A stretch of DNA of 64,000 nucleotides from Hydrogenophaga sp. Its GTDB lineage: Bacteria > Pseudomonadota > Gammaproteobacteria > Burkholderiales > Burkholderiaceae_C. Of this stretch, positions 28,047-38,115 are shown piece by piece. The position numbers and the translations under genes were made by a program. Below the pieces are notes generated by a model, which did no database searches, had not been told where the DNA came from, and worked only from the letters and a program-made list of their open reading frames with translations. Every line of letters begins with the position of its first letter. Within the stretch, counting starts at the first letter, position 1. The stretch lies in contig JACVCO010000018.1 in the NCBI GenBank assembly GCA_016741995.1, positions 22,562-86,561 on the forward strand, written 5' to 3'.

Positions 28047-31000
28047 ATGAACGCACCGTTGCCCCTGGACGTGACCCGGCGCTACGACAGCGTGGCGCGC
28101 ATCGGCAACGAGGTGGCGGGCCGGCTGGCCGCGCGCCTGGGCAGCGAGACGCAGGGCGAGGTGTTGTTCTCGCCCGCCGACCGTGGCCGCTACGCCACCG
28201 ATGCCTCCATCTACCAGCAGATGCCGGTGGGCGTGTTCGTGCCGCGCACCGCCGAGGACGTGGCCGTGGCGCTGCAGATCTGCCGCGAGCTGGGCGTGCC
28301 CATCGTGCCGCGCGGCGGCGGCACCAGCCAGTGCGGCCAGACCGTGGGCGCGGGCCTGGTCATCGACCACAGCAAGCACATGCGCCGCGTGTTGCAGGTC
28401 GACCCCGGGCAGCGCACCGCGGTGGTGGAGCCGGGCATCGTGCTCGACCACCTGAACGCGCAGCTCAAGGCGCACGGCCTGTGGTACCCGGTGGACGTGT
28501 CCACCAGCGCCCAGGCCACGCTGGGTGGCATGGCCGGCAACAACTCCTGCGGCAGCCGCTCCATCGCGCACGGCAACATGGTGCACAACGTGCTGGGCGC
28601 GCAGGCCTGGCTGTCCGACGGCCGCCTGCTCGACTTCGGCGATTTCAGTGCCGCCAGTGGCGAGGCGCGCGCCATTGGCGAGTTCGTGCGCGATCTCGCG
28701 CTGCAGCACGCCGACGAGATCGACGCCCGCTGGCCGCGGGTGCTTCGCCGCGTCGCCGGCTACAACCTGGACATCTTCCGCAACCGCAACCCGCGCCCCT
28801 ACACGGGCGATGGTTCGGTGAACCTGGCGCACCTGCTCGTCGGCAGCGAAGGCACGCTGGCGCTCACGCGCTCGCTCACGTTGCGGCTGAGCGAGCTGCC
28901 GCGCGCCAAGGTGCTGGGGGTGGTGAACTTCCCCACCTTCTACCAGGCCATGGACAGCGCGCAGCACATCGTGAAGCTGGGCGAGAACATGCCGGTGGGG
29001 CAGCTCACCGCGGTCGAGCTGGTTGACCGCACCATGATCGAACTCTCGCTGAAGAACCCGGCCTTCGCGCCGACCATCCGCACCGCGCTGTCGCCGCGCA
29101 TCAAGGGCGGCCAGCCCGACGCCGTGCTGCTGGTGGAGTTCAGCGGCCCGAGCAAGGCCGACATCCAGCACAAGATCCGCGAACTGGTGGAGCTGATGGG
29201 CGAACTGGGTCTGCCGGGCAGCGTGGTCGAGATGGTCGAGGACGCGCCGCAGAAGGCCCTGTGGGAAGTGCGCAAGGCCGGCCTGAACATCATGATGAGC
29301 CTGCGCGGCGATGGCAAGCCGGTGAGCTTCATCGAGGACTGCGCGGTGCCGCTGGAGAGCCTGGCCGAGTACACCGACGCGCTGACCCAGGTGTTTCGCC
29401 GGCACGGCAGCCGGGGCACCTGGTACGCGCACGCCTCGGTGGGCACGCTGCACGTGCGGCCCATTCTTGACATGCGCACCGACGGCGCGAAGAAGATGCG
29501 CGCCATCGCCGAGGAAGCCAGCGCGCTCGTGCGCCAGTACAAGGGCGCCTACAGCGGTGAGCACGGCGACGGCCTGTGCCGCGGCGAATGGATCGCCTGG
29601 CAGTTCGGCCCGCGCCTGAACGAGGCTTTTCGCGCCATCAAGCAGCGGCTGGATCCGGCCAACCTGCTGTGCCCGCAGCGCATGGTCGATCCGCCGAAGA
29701 TGGACGACACGCGGCTGATGCGTTTTCCACCGAGCTACCGCGTCGTGCCCATCCAGCCCGCGCTGGACTGGAGCGCCTGGGACGTACAGAACGACCCGGT
29801 GACCGAGCAGACCACCGCGCCCGGCACCGGTGGCGACCCCGCCCGCGGCCTGGCCAAGGCGGTGGAGATGTGCAACAACAACGGCCACTGCCGCAAGTTC
29901 GACGCCGGCACCATGTGCCCGAGCTACCGCGCCACGCGCGACGAGCAGCACCTCACGCGCGGGCGGGCCAACACGCTGCGCCTGGCGCTCAGCGGCCAGC
30001 TCGAGGGCCTGGGCGCGGGCAACCCGCTGGCCAGCGACGCGGTGCACCAGGCCATGGAGCTGTGCGTGGGCTGCAAGGGCTGCAAGCGCGACTGCCCCAC
30101 CGGCGTGGACATGGCGCGCCTGAAGATCGAGCACCTGCAGGCGCACCGCGCGCACCATGGCCATTCGCTCAAGGACCGGCTGGTGGCGCACCTGCCCGAC
30201 TACGCGCCCTGGGCCGCGCGCTTCGCCGGCCTCTTGAACCTGCGCAACCGGGTGCCCGCGCTGGCCTGGCTGGGCGAGCGCTGGCTGGGCCTGAGCGCGC
30301 AGCGCAGCCTGCCGGCCTGGAAGGCACACCACTTCTTCAACCAGCGGCCCGCCAGCGCCACGCGCGAGCAGGTGCTGGCGGCCGAACGCGGTGTGGTGCT
30401 GTTCGTCGACACCTTCAACGGCCATTTCGAGGACGAGAACGCCCGCGCGGCCCTGGCCGTGCTGCAGGCCGCCGGCTACACCGTGCACGTGGCCGCCAAG
30501 ACCCAGGGCGACGGCCACCTGTGCTGTGGCCGCACCTACCTGGCCTCGGGCATGGTGGAGAAGGCGCGCGTGAAGGCACGCGAGCTGGTGCAGAGCCTGC
30601 AGCCGCTGGCCGAGCACGGCTTGGCCATCGTGGGCCTGGAGCCGTCGTGCCTGCTCACGCTGCGCGACGAATTGCTGGTGATGGGTTTGGGCGATGGGGC
30701 GCAGGCCGTGGCGCGCCAGGCGCTGATGTTCGAGGAGTTTCTGGCCCGCGAAGCCCGCGCCGGCCACCTCGACGGGCTCAAGGCGCGCCTGCGCGCCGTC
30801 GAGCAGCCCGTGCTGTTGCACGGCCACTGCCACCAGAAGGCCTTCGACGCCGTGTCGCCGGTGCTGGAGGTGCTGCGCTGGATCCCGGGTGCCCAGCCCT
30901 CGCTCATCGAGAGCAGTTGCTGCGGCATGGCCGGCAGCTTCGGCTACGAAGCCGCGCACCACGCGGTGTCCATGCAGATGGCCGAGGCCAGCCTGCTGCC

Positions 31001-31133
31001 CGCGGTGCGCGCCGCACCCGATGCCATCGTGGTGGCCGACGGCACCAGTTGCCGGCACCAGATCCACGACGGCGCGCAGCGCGAAGCGGTGCACGTGGCC
31101 CGCTTGCTGCAGCGGCAGTTGATGCCGGCCTGA
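28047..31133 (+). CDS. FAD-binding + 4Fe-4S + CCG-domain oxidoreductase (YdiJ / fused GlcD-GlcF-like 2-hydroxyacid dehydrogenase)
   Basis: DASIY, RGGGTSQCGQ, GSEGTL, SGEHGDG, CNNNGHC, CVGCKGCKRDCP, CCG, EPSC, HCHQ, CCGMAG, SCRHQI. Confidence 0.9.
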   Translation: MNAPLPLDVTRRYDSVARIGNEVAGRLAARLGSETQGEVLFSPADRGRYATDASIYQQMPVGVFVPRTAEDVAVALQICRELGVPIVPRGGGTSQCGQTVGAGLVIDHSKHMRRVLQVDPGQRTAVVEPGIVLDHLNAQLKAHGLWYPVDVSTSAQATLGGMAGNNSCGSRSIAHGNMVHNVLGAQAWLSDGRLLDFGDFSAASGEARAIGEFVRDLALQHADEIDARWPRVLRRVAGYNLDIFRNRNPRPYTGDGSVNLAHLLVGSEGTLALTRSLTLRLSELPRAKVLGVVNFPTFYQAMDSAQHIVKLGENMPVGQLTAVELVDRTMIELSLKNPAFAPTIRTALSPRIKGGQPDAVLLVEFSGPSKADIQHKIRELVELMGELGLPGSVVEMVEDAPQKALWEVRKAGLNIMMSLRGDGKPVSFIEDCAVPLESLAEYTDALTQVFRRHGSRGTWYAHASVGTLHVRPILDMRTDGAKKMRAIAEEASALVRQYKGAYSGEHGDGLCRGEWIAWQFGPRLNEAFRAIKQRLDPANLLCPQRMVDPPKMDDTRLMRFPPSYRVVPIQPALDWSAWDVQNDPVTEQTTAPGTGGDPARGLAKAVEMCNNNGHCRKFDAGTMCPSYRATRDEQHLTRGRANTLRLALSGQLEGLGAGNPLASDAVHQAMELCVGCKGCKRDCPTGVDMARLKIEHLQAHRAHHGHSLKDRLVAHLPDYAPWAARFAGLLNLRNRVPALAWLGERWLGLSAQRSLPAWKAHHFFNQRPASATREQVLAAERGVVLFVDTFNGHFEDENARAALAVLQAAGYTVHVAAKTQGDGHLCCGRTYLASGMVEKARVKARELVQSLQPLAEHGLAIVGLEPSCLLTLRDELLVMGLGDGAQAVARQALMFEEFLAREARAGHLDGLKARLRAVEQPVLLHGHCHQKAFDAVSPVLEVLRWIPGAQPSLIESSCCGMAGSFGYEAAHHAVSMQMAEASLLPAVRAAPDAIVVADGTSCRHQIHDGAQREAVHVARLLQRQLMPA

Positions 31134-31154
31134 GCGGCAGGCGCGAAGGCGTGT

Positions 31155-32042
31155 TCAGCCCGCTGCTTTGCGCAGTGCAGGCGGGTTGGACGGCATGAAG
31201 CCCAGCCGGCCGATCATGAACAGGGTGTTCTGCAGCAGCCGCGCCACCTGGGCTCGCGCCTCGCGCGAGTGGGCCGGGCCCTTGAGCATGATCGAGGGCA
31301 GGCGCGTCTCCACGGCGTCCTCGTCGTTCGTCGTCCAGCGCTGCAGCAGGTGGTCCTTGCCCATGGCCAGGCGGGTCTCGACGAGCTCCACCGCCTGCTC
31401 GAGCTTGTTGATGTTCTCGAAGGCGATGTCCCAGCAGATGTAGCGGCCTTCCTGGCGCTCGATCACGCTGCAACCCAGCGGCAGCGACCACAGCTTGGGC
31501 TCGTGCCGGCCGGACAGCAGGCGGCGCGCGTTGTCCCACAGCGAGCCGCTGTCGGCCGCGAAGGTTTCCAGCGCTTCACGGATTTCCACCGCCAGATCGC
31601 CGTGCGAACCGGGGCCGGGCACGACGACCACGCCCTCGTTGTCCAGCCGGGCGCCGTCCACCGTCACGCGCTCGGGGTGCCAGCCCGCCGACACGGCGTC
31701 GGCCACGCCGCGCACCAGGTCGCGCGCGTTCCAGGGCGCCAGCATCAGCGTCACGCCACCGCTCTGCAGCACGCGCAGGCCGGTGAGCGAGTCGGGGTCG
31801 TCGCCGATCAAGCGTTGCAGCACGGAGGCCGCTTCGCGTTGTTCGTGGCGCGTGGCGCCCATCAGCACCACCACCATCAGCGGTTCGGTGCGCTTCATGG
31901 CCGGCGCGTTGCACGCCATGCACTGCACCTTGGATTCGGGCTTGGAGAACACGTCGCACGACGTGCGCGGGGGCAGGATGGCACCGTCGTCGTTGAGGGC
32001 GTGCACAACGGCGGCGGGGGTGTCGATGGTGGTCCGGGGCAT
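31155..32042 (-). CDS. Hypothetical protein (no recognisable family)
   Basis: 295-aa ORF filling the gap between neighbours, with normal protein-like composition and GC-rich third positions; one CxxC. Confidence 0.6.
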   Translation of the reverse strand: MPRTTIDTPAAVVHALNDDGAILPPRTSCDVFSKPESKVQCMACNAPAMKRTEPLMVVVLMGATRHEQREAASVLQRLIGDDPDSLTGLRVLQSGGVTLMLAPWNARDLVRGVADAVSAGWHPERVTVDGARLDNEGVVVVPGPGSHGDLAVEIREALETFAADSGSLWDNARRLLSGRHEPKLWSLPLGCSVIERQEGRYICWDIAFENINKLEQAVELVETRLAMGKDHLLQRWTTNDEDAVETRLPSIMLKGPAHSREARAQVARLLQNTLFMIGRLGFMPSNPPALRKAAG

Positions 32043-32149
32043 GGCGGCAAAGAGACGAGCGGCTCACCGCTCACGCCCGGCATCTTGGCCCCGTGGTCGA
32101 TCGCCTCCCGACATGCGTGGAGCGTGCGGAGGCTGGGGGCGACTGCCGG

Positions 32150-33082
32150 TCAGACGCCCGGCCAGTCCAGGGATCGGCGGCTCTCGAAGCGACGCGGGTG
32201 GCCGGTCACCGGATCGATGAAAGCGATGGTGTGCGCGAGCAGTCGCAGCGGTTCCGCGAAGTCTTCGGCCTCCTGCGGGCCACGCAGCACACGCGGGTAG
32301 AACCGGTCGCCCGCGATGGGCAGGCCCAGGGCGTCGAGGTGCACGCGCAACTGGTGGCGTTTGCCGGTGTGGGGCACCAGCGCGTAGCGCGCCCAGGCAC
32401 CGCGCACCTCCAGGCAATCGATGTGTGTTTCGCTGTTGGGTTCGCCGTCGGTTTCGACCATGCGGAAAAAGGCTTCAACGTCTTCCTCGATGCGGCTGCG
32501 CCGTGTCAGTGGAAAGTGCAAGCCAGGGCGGTGCGCGGCGATCGCTTCGTAGCGCTTGTCGACCACGCGATCGCGAAACAGCGCGTGGTAGGCATTGCGG
32601 TCCTGCGGGCGGATGTTGAAGACCACCAGGCCGGCGGTTTCGCGGTCGATGCGGTGGATGGGGTTGAGCGTGTCGATCCCGGTGCGCGCTTTCAAGCGCA
32701 CCATGAGGCTGTGCCGCACGGTGCCGCCCGAGGGCGTGACGGGCATGAAGTGCGGCTTGTCGGCCACGAGCAGGTGTTCGTCCTGGAACAGGATGTGTTC
32801 CTCGAACGGGATCTCGGCCTCGTCGTCGAGGTGGCGCCAGTAGTAGAGGCGCGCACCGGGCTCGCAGGGCGCGTCGGGCGCAACCGGTCGCGCGTCGTCG
32901 TCGAGCACCTCGCCCCGGGCCATGCGCGTGGCCCAGGCCGCGGGTGTGACCACCGGCAGCCGTTCACTGAGGAACTGCAGCACCGAGGCCCAGGGCGCGG
33001 GCTTGGTGAAAGGAATCGCCACGCAACTGGGCGACACGCCCTCGCGCGTGGGGATCAGCGGGTTCTTGGGGCGGTGCGCCAC
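32150..33082 (-). CDS. RluA family pseudouridine synthase
   Basis: DKPHF, HRIDRETAG (catalytic Asp), TGKRHQLRVH, GDRFY, LLA. Confidence 0.92.
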   Translation of the reverse strand: MAHRPKNPLIPTREGVSPSCVAIPFTKPAPWASVLQFLSERLPVVTPAAWATRMARGEVLDDDARPVAPDAPCEPGARLYYWRHLDDEAEIPFEEHILFQDEHLLVADKPHFMPVTPSGGTVRHSLMVRLKARTGIDTLNPIHRIDRETAGLVVFNIRPQDRNAYHALFRDRVVDKRYEAIAAHRPGLHFPLTRRSRIEEDVEAFFRMVETDGEPNSETHIDCLEVRGAWARYALVPHTGKRHQLRVHLDALGLPIAGDRFYPRVLRGPQEAEDFAEPLRLLAHTIAFIDPVTGHPRRFESRRSLDWPGV

Positions 33083-33104
33083 GCGCGCGGGCCGGGTGGG
33101 TGCG

Positions 33105-33824
33105 TCAGGCCCGGCGCCAGACCAGATCCCACACGCCGTGGCCGAGCTTGAGGCCGCGGTTCTCGAACTTGGTGAGCGGGCGGTAGTCGGGCTTGGGGGC
33201 GTAGTCGCTCACGGTGTTCTGCAGCAGGGGCTCGGCGCGCAGCACCTCGAGCATTTGCTCGGCGTAGGGCTGCCAGTCGGTGGCCAGGTGCAAGTAGCCG
33301 CCGGGCTTGAGCTTGCGCGCCAACCGGTTCACGAACGGGCCCTGGATCAGGCGGCGCTTGTGGTGCTTGGTCTTGTGCCAGGGGTCGGGGAAGAAGATGT
33401 GCACGCCATCGAGGCTGGCGTCGGCCAGCATGTGGTCCATCACCTCCACCGCGTCGTGCCGCACGATGCGGATGTTGTTCAGGCCGGCGTCGCCCGCGAG
33501 CTTGAGCAACGAGCCCACGCCGGGCTCATGCACCTCGCAGCAGAGGAAGTCGTCTTGTGGGCGCACCTGCGCGATGTGCGCCGTGGCGCCGCCCATGCCG
33601 AAGCCGATTTCCAGCACCAGCGGGGCCTCGCGGCCGAACGCGGCGCGGGCGTCGAAGGGCGCGTCCTTTGCGTAAGGCACCAGCAGGCGCGGGCCGTGCA
33701 CCTCGTAGGCCTTGGCCTGGCCGGCCGTGGTGCGGCCGGCGCGCAGCACGTAGCTCTTCACCTGCCGCAGGAAGGGCACGTTGGTGGGCGGGGTGCGTGG
33801 GTGCGCGTGGCGGGGGTCGGTCAT
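33105..33824 (-). CDS. trmB: tRNA (guanine-N7)-methyltransferase
   Basis: [36 protein letters not shown]. Confidence 0.96.
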   Translation of the reverse strand: MTDPRHAHPRTPPTNVPFLRQVKSYVLRAGRTTAGQAKAYEVHGPRLLVPYAKDAPFDARAAFGREAPLVLEIGFGMGGATAHIAQVRPQDDFLCCEVHEPGVGSLLKLAGDAGLNNIRIVRHDAVEVMDHMLADASLDGVHIFFPDPWHKTKHHKRRLIQGPFVNRLARKLKPGGYLHLATDWQPYAEQMLEVLRAEPLLQNTVSDYAPKPDYRPLTKFENRGLKLGHGVWDLVWRRA

Positions 33825-33849
33825 GGCGGGGCCTCGGAGGGCGGGGATT

Positions 33850-34731
33850 TTAGGCGCGCCAGCGCGCGGCCCAGGCGGCCGTCCAACGGGCCAGTGCCTC
33901 GGGCACGCCGTGGTCCGCCTCGCGCAGGCCGAGCGCGTGGGCCGCGGCATGGAGTGGCCGCAACGGATCGCTCAGGTCCAGCGCCTGCGCGCCGTTCTGT
34001 TTGCTCAGCTTCTCGCCGTTGTCGCCCAGCACCAGCGGTGTGTGCAGGTAGGCCGGCGTGGGCAGGCCGAGCGCGCGCTGCAGCAGGATCTGGCGCGCGG
34101 TGTTGTCGGCCAGGTCTTCGCCGCGCACGACGTGGGTGATGCCTTGCGCGGCGTCGTCCACCACCACCGCGAGCTGGTAGGCCCACAGGCCGTCGGCGCG
34201 CTGCACGATGAAATCGCCCACCTCGGCGGCGACGTCCTGCGTCTGCGGGCCCAGGCGCCGGTCGACCCACTCTACCCGCGCACGCGGCGGGATGCGGAAG
34301 CGCCAGGCGCGCGCCGGCCGCCCGCGCAGGCCGCCGTGTTCGGGGCGGCAGGTGCCGGGGTAGACGGCGGCGTGGTGGCGTTCGCGCGGGGCGCCCGCGG
34401 CAAGCAGGGCGAGTTCGATGTCCTGGCGCGAGCAGGCGCAGGCGAACGCGTCGCCTTGCTGCAGCAGGCTTTGCCGCGCGGCCTCGTAAGCGGTGCCGCG
34501 GGTGGATTGCCACACCACGGGCTCGTCGCTCACCAGGCCGCAGGCGGCGAGCTGCTCGAGGATCAGCCGGTCGGTGCCCGGCGCGCAGCGCGGGCCGTCC
34601 ACGTCTTCGATGCGCACGAGCCAGGTGCCGCCGTGCGCGCGCGCGTCGAGCCAACTGGCGAGCGCGGCCACGAGGGAGCCCGCGTGCAGCGGGCCGGTGG
34701 GCGAGGGGGCGAAGCGGCCGCGGTAGCGCAC
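33850..34731 (-). CDS. gluQ: tRNA glutamyl-Q(34) synthetase
   Basis: [41 protein letters not shown]; lacks an anticodon-binding domain. Confidence 0.94.
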   Translation of the reverse strand: MRYRGRFAPSPTGPLHAGSLVAALASWLDARAHGGTWLVRIEDVDGPRCAPGTDRLILEQLAACGLVSDEPVVWQSTRGTAYEAARQSLLQQGDAFACACSRQDIELALLAAGAPRERHHAAVYPGTCRPEHGGLRGRPARAWRFRIPPRARVEWVDRRLGPQTQDVAAEVGDFIVQRADGLWAYQLAVVVDDAAQGITHVVRGEDLADNTARQILLQRALGLPTPAYLHTPLVLGDNGEKLSKQNGAQALDLSDPLRPLHAAAHALGLREADHGVPEALARWTAAWAARWRA

Positions 34732-34737
34732 GGCCGC

Positions 34738-35826
34738 TCAGGCCAGGGCGAGGGCGAGCTCCAGGCCGGAGACGAAGGCGTCTTCGACGCGGTGGCCCAG
34801 GCACCAGTCGCCGCACAGGCCGATGCCCAGTTGCGCATCGAGCAGGTGGCTGCGGCCCAGCGGCGTTTGCGTCTGGGCAAAGCGCCAGCGGTGTACCACG
34901 GCGTGCGGCGGCGTGGCGCGGATGCCGGTGATCTCGGCGAAGCCCTTGAGCAGCTTGGCCTTCACGCGCTCGGGTTCGTCTTCCAGGTGCTTGGTGGACC
35001 ACGCCGGGCTGGCCTGCACCGTCCAGCGCTCGATCGGCTCGCGCGCGGGCTTGCTCGATTCGCGCGCCAGCCAGCTGATGCGGTGGTGCGTGCTGCGCGC
35101 GGCGCTCCACTGCGGGCCCAAGTGGGCCAGGCCCGGCTGCATGGCCTGCGGGAAGGCGACCATGAGCGCCCAGCACGGCGCCACGTGCACGGGGGCGAGC
35201 GCCTGGCGCAGCGCGGGGGCCAGGCCCGAGGCGAGCAGCAGGTCGTGCGCCTGCGGGTGCGGGATCGCAAGCACCACGCGGTCGAAGCCGCCGAGCACGC
35301 GCTGGCCGCCTTCGGCGTCGTCGCTGCGCAGTTGCCACTGGGCGGCGTTGAGTGCATCGCGTTCGATGCGGCTCACATGCGTTTGCAACAGCACCTGGGC
35401 GCCGCCGAGGCCATGCAGCTCGGGTTTGAGCAGCGGTTGCGCCCACAGCGTGACGAGCGCGCTCATGCCGGGCGCGGCCACGAAATGCGGCTCGGTGGGC
35501 GGCGGCGCGCTGGCGAGCACATGGCCGAATTCGTCGAGCACGCGCACGGTGCTGGCGCTCCAGGCGCGCACGGCGCTGGTGGCGGTGGCGCGCAGCACCT
35601 GCTCGAAGCGCGGGTCGCGCACGGTGAAGTACTGCACGCCGTGGTCGAAGCCGCCGAACTCGGTGCGCCGCGTGGCCATGCGCCCACCGAAGCCGCGGCT
35701 TTTCTCGAACAGTGTGACGCGGTGCCCCGCCTGCACCAGCGTGCGGGCGGCGGTGACACCGGCCATGCCGGCGCCCACCACGGCAATGTTCAAGGAAGGG
35801 CGGGTGGGCGAGGTGGGGCTGTTCAT
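34738..35826 (-). CDS. Renalase-like NAD(P)/FAD-dependent oxidoreductase
   Basis: [48 protein letters not shown]. Confidence 0.88.
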   Translation of the reverse strand: MNSPTSPTRPSLNIAVVGAGMAGVTAARTLVQAGHRVTLFEKSRGFGGRMATRRTEFGGFDHGVQYFTVRDPRFEQVLRATATSAVRAWSASTVRVLDEFGHVLASAPPPTEPHFVAAPGMSALVTLWAQPLLKPELHGLGGAQVLLQTHVSRIERDALNAAQWQLRSDDAEGGQRVLGGFDRVVLAIPHPQAHDLLLASGLAPALRQALAPVHVAPCWALMVAFPQAMQPGLAHLGPQWSAARSTHHRISWLARESSKPAREPIERWTVQASPAWSTKHLEDEPERVKAKLLKGFAEITGIRATPPHAVVHRWRFAQTQTPLGRSHLLDAQLGIGLCGDWCLGHRVEDAFVSGLELALALA

Positions 35827-35865
35827 GGTGGGCCGCTTGGAAGGGTGCGACGACTGTAGCAGCGC

Positions 35866-36819
35866 CTAGTTCTGGTGGTGTCGCAGGAGCAACGCCTCGC
35901 GCGTGTTCGCGTGCTTGAGCTGCTCCAGCCACCAGCGCAGCGCGCGCCCGCTGTCGCCGGCCACGCGCGTGGCGCGCCAGGCATAGACGACGCGGATCTG
36001 GCGTTCGGTCTGCTGCACCGGTTTGACAACCAGCCGGCCGGCGGCGATGTAGGGCTGCGCCAGCGTGAGCGGCAGGAAGCCCGCGCCCAGGCCGCGCAGT
36101 TGCGCCTCCAGCTTGTGGTGCATCGAGGGCACGGTGAGCACGTCCTGCCCGGGCAGCAGGTTGTGGCTCACGCCGCGGCCGCGCTGCGTGCTGTCGGCCA
36201 CCGCCACCGCGCGGTGCGGGCGGATGTCTTCTTCGCACAGGCTGCCTTCGTGCGCGGCCAGCGGGTGGTGCGGGGCCACGGCGTAGACGAAGCTCACCGC
36301 GCCCAGCGGTGCCGATTGCAGGCCGGGCGAAGAGATTTCGCCCGAGATGCCGAGCGCGATGTCGGCCAGGCCGTTCTGCAGCACCTCCAGCGTGCCCGAC
36401 AGGGTTTCGTCGCGCAGCCGCAGCCGCGTGGGTGCCCCGGTGGCGTAGAAGGCTTCGCAGAGTTCGAACAGGGTGTCGCGCGCGATCAGCGCGTCGGCCG
36501 CGATGGTGAGCTGCGGTTCCCAGCCGGTGGCCACGCGCTTGACGCGCTGCGCCACGGCGTCGAACTCGTTGAGCAGGTGTTCGCCGGCGCGCAGCAGTTC
36601 GGAGCCCGCCGGGGTGAGCGCCGCGCGGCGCGCGCTGCGGTCGAACAGCAGCACGTCCAGCGCGTCCTCGATCTGGCGGATGCGGTAGGTGAGGGCGCTC
36701 GGGACCATGCCGAGCTCGCGCGCCGCGGCGGCCATGCTGCCCAGGCGGGCCACGGCCTCGATCAAGGCCAGGTTGTCGGCCGAGAGGGCGCTGCGGGTGC
36801 TGGGGGCATTGCTGGGCAT
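35866..36819 (-). CDS. LysR family regulator (YhaJ-like)
   Basis: GSMAAAARELG.VPSALTY.I..IE..L...LFDR; GWE..L.IA; divergent from pirin. Confidence 0.92.
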   Translation of the reverse strand: MPSNAPSTRSALSADNLALIEAVARLGSMAAAARELGMVPSALTYRIRQIEDALDVLLFDRSARRAALTPAGSELLRAGEHLLNEFDAVAQRVKRVATGWEPQLTIAADALIARDTLFELCEAFYATGAPTRLRLRDETLSGTLEVLQNGLADIALGISGEISSPGLQSAPLGAVSFVYAVAPHHPLAAHEGSLCEEDIRPHRAVAVADSTQRGRGVSHNLLPGQDVLTVPSMHHKLEAQLRGLGAGFLPLTLAQPYIAAGRLVVKPVQQTERQIRVVYAWRATRVAGDSGRALRWWLEQLKHANTREALLLRHHQN

Positions 36820-36833
36820 CGGTCGTCCGATCG

Positions 36834-36848
36834 TTCAAAGTTTTTGAA
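36834..36848. promoter_or_regulatory. LysR recognition box TTCAAAGTTTTTGAA (T-N11-A)
   Basis: TTCA-N7-TGAA dyad just upstream of the lysR start, in the divergent promoter. Confidence 0.65.
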
Positions 36849-36950
36849 TGTTGCCATCAAAAACCTGCGGCCCGTAAGCGGGGGTGGGCGCCCAGAATTC
36901 GCCCCATGCCGGCACCGCGCCGGCCCCACCCTCGACGAAGGACCACCGCC

Positions 36951-37652
36951 ATGATGCAGATCCGACGCTCCGACGCCCGTGGTTATGCCGACCACGGCTG
37001 GCTCAAGAGCTTTCACTCGTTCTCGTTCGCCAATTACTTCGACCCGGCCTGGATGGGCTGGGGCAACCTGCGCGTGATCAACGAAGACCGCATCGCCCCC
37101 GGCACCGGTTTCGGCACGCACGGCCACCGCGACATGGAAATCATCAGCTACGTGCTGCAGGGCAACCTGGCGCACAAGGACAGCATGGGCAACGTGAAGG
37201 GCATCCCGCCCGGCGACGTGCAGCGCATGAGCGCGGGCTCGGGCGTGATGCACAGCGAGTTCAACCACGCGCCGAACAGCACCACGCACTTCCTGCAGAT
37301 CTGGATCGAGCCCAACCAGCGCGGCATTCCCCCGAGCTACGAGCAGAAGGGCTTTGCCGACGCCGAGAAGCGCGGCCAGCTGCGGCTGGTGGCGTCGCCC
37401 GATGGCAGCGAAGGCTCGGTGACGATCCATGCCGATGCCGCGATGTACGCGGGCCTGTTCGATGGCGAGGAGTCCGCCAGCATCGAACTGGACCCGAAGC
37501 GCAAGACCTATGTGCACGTGGTGCGCGGTGAACTTGTGGTCAATGGCGAGCATCTGTCCGGCGGCGATGCTGCCGTCATGGACGGCGAGTCGACCCTGTC
37601 GCTGGCCAAGGGCCGCGACGCCGAAGTGCTTGTTTTCGACCTGGCCCACTGA
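36951..37652 (+). CDS. Pirin family protein (YhhW-like)
   Basis: HGWL.S.HSFSFA, LRVINED, HGHRDMEI, HSE, LQIW. Confidence 0.93.
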   Translation: MMQIRRSDARGYADHGWLKSFHSFSFANYFDPAWMGWGNLRVINEDRIAPGTGFGTHGHRDMEIISYVLQGNLAHKDSMGNVKGIPPGDVQRMSAGSGVMHSEFNHAPNSTTHFLQIWIEPNQRGIPPSYEQKGFADAEKRGQLRLVASPDGSEGSVTIHADAAMYAGLFDGEESASIELDPKRKTYVHVVRGELVVNGEHLSGGDAAVMDGESTLSLAKGRDAEVLVFDLAH

Positions 37653-37686
37653 TTTCCCTTTTTCATCAACCCCTGGAGAACTTTCC

Positions 37687-38094
37687 ATGAACGCCCTGCA
37701 AAACCCCTTCGCCCTGCTGGCTCGCCTGTTGCTGGCCGCGCTGTTCCTGCCCGCCGGCATTTCCAAGATCGGCGGCTTCGCCGGCACGGCCGGCTACATC
37801 GGCTCGGTGGGTCTGCCCATGCCCGAGCTGGGCGCGGCCATCGCGATCCTGGTCGAGGTGGGCGCGTCGGCCCTGCTGATCATCGGCCTGTTCACGCGCC
37901 CTGCGGCGTTGGTGCTCGCGGTGTTCACGCTCGTGGCCAGCTTCTTCTTCCACGCCTTCTGGTCCGTGCCGGCCGAGCAGGCGTTCATGCAGTCGCTGAT
38001 GTTCTGGAAAAACATCGGCGTGGTGGGTGGCCTGCTGGCGATCGCTGCCTTCGGTGCCGGCGCCTTCAGCCTCGACGCCAAGCGCGGCAGCTGA
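37687..38094 (+). CDS. DoxX family membrane protein
   Basis: RLLLAALF..AG..K, GLP.P, G..TR.AA, FWKN..V.GGLL, GAG.FSLD. Confidence 0.88.
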   Translation: MNALQNPFALLARLLLAALFLPAGISKIGGFAGTAGYIGSVGLPMPELGAAIAILVEVGASALLIIGLFTRPAALVLAVFTLVASFFFHAFWSVPAEQAFMQSLMFWKNIGVVGGLLAIAAFGAGAFSLDAKRGS

Positions 38095-38115
38095 TTCCAC
38101 ACGGAGCACGTGAAC

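Noticed and set aside
32102-32133. Hairpin sharing GCCTCCGCACGC...GGGAGGCG with 2258-2281, a possible REP element
   Set aside because: Only two copies with different loops; a 12-bp match is plausible by chance at this GC content.
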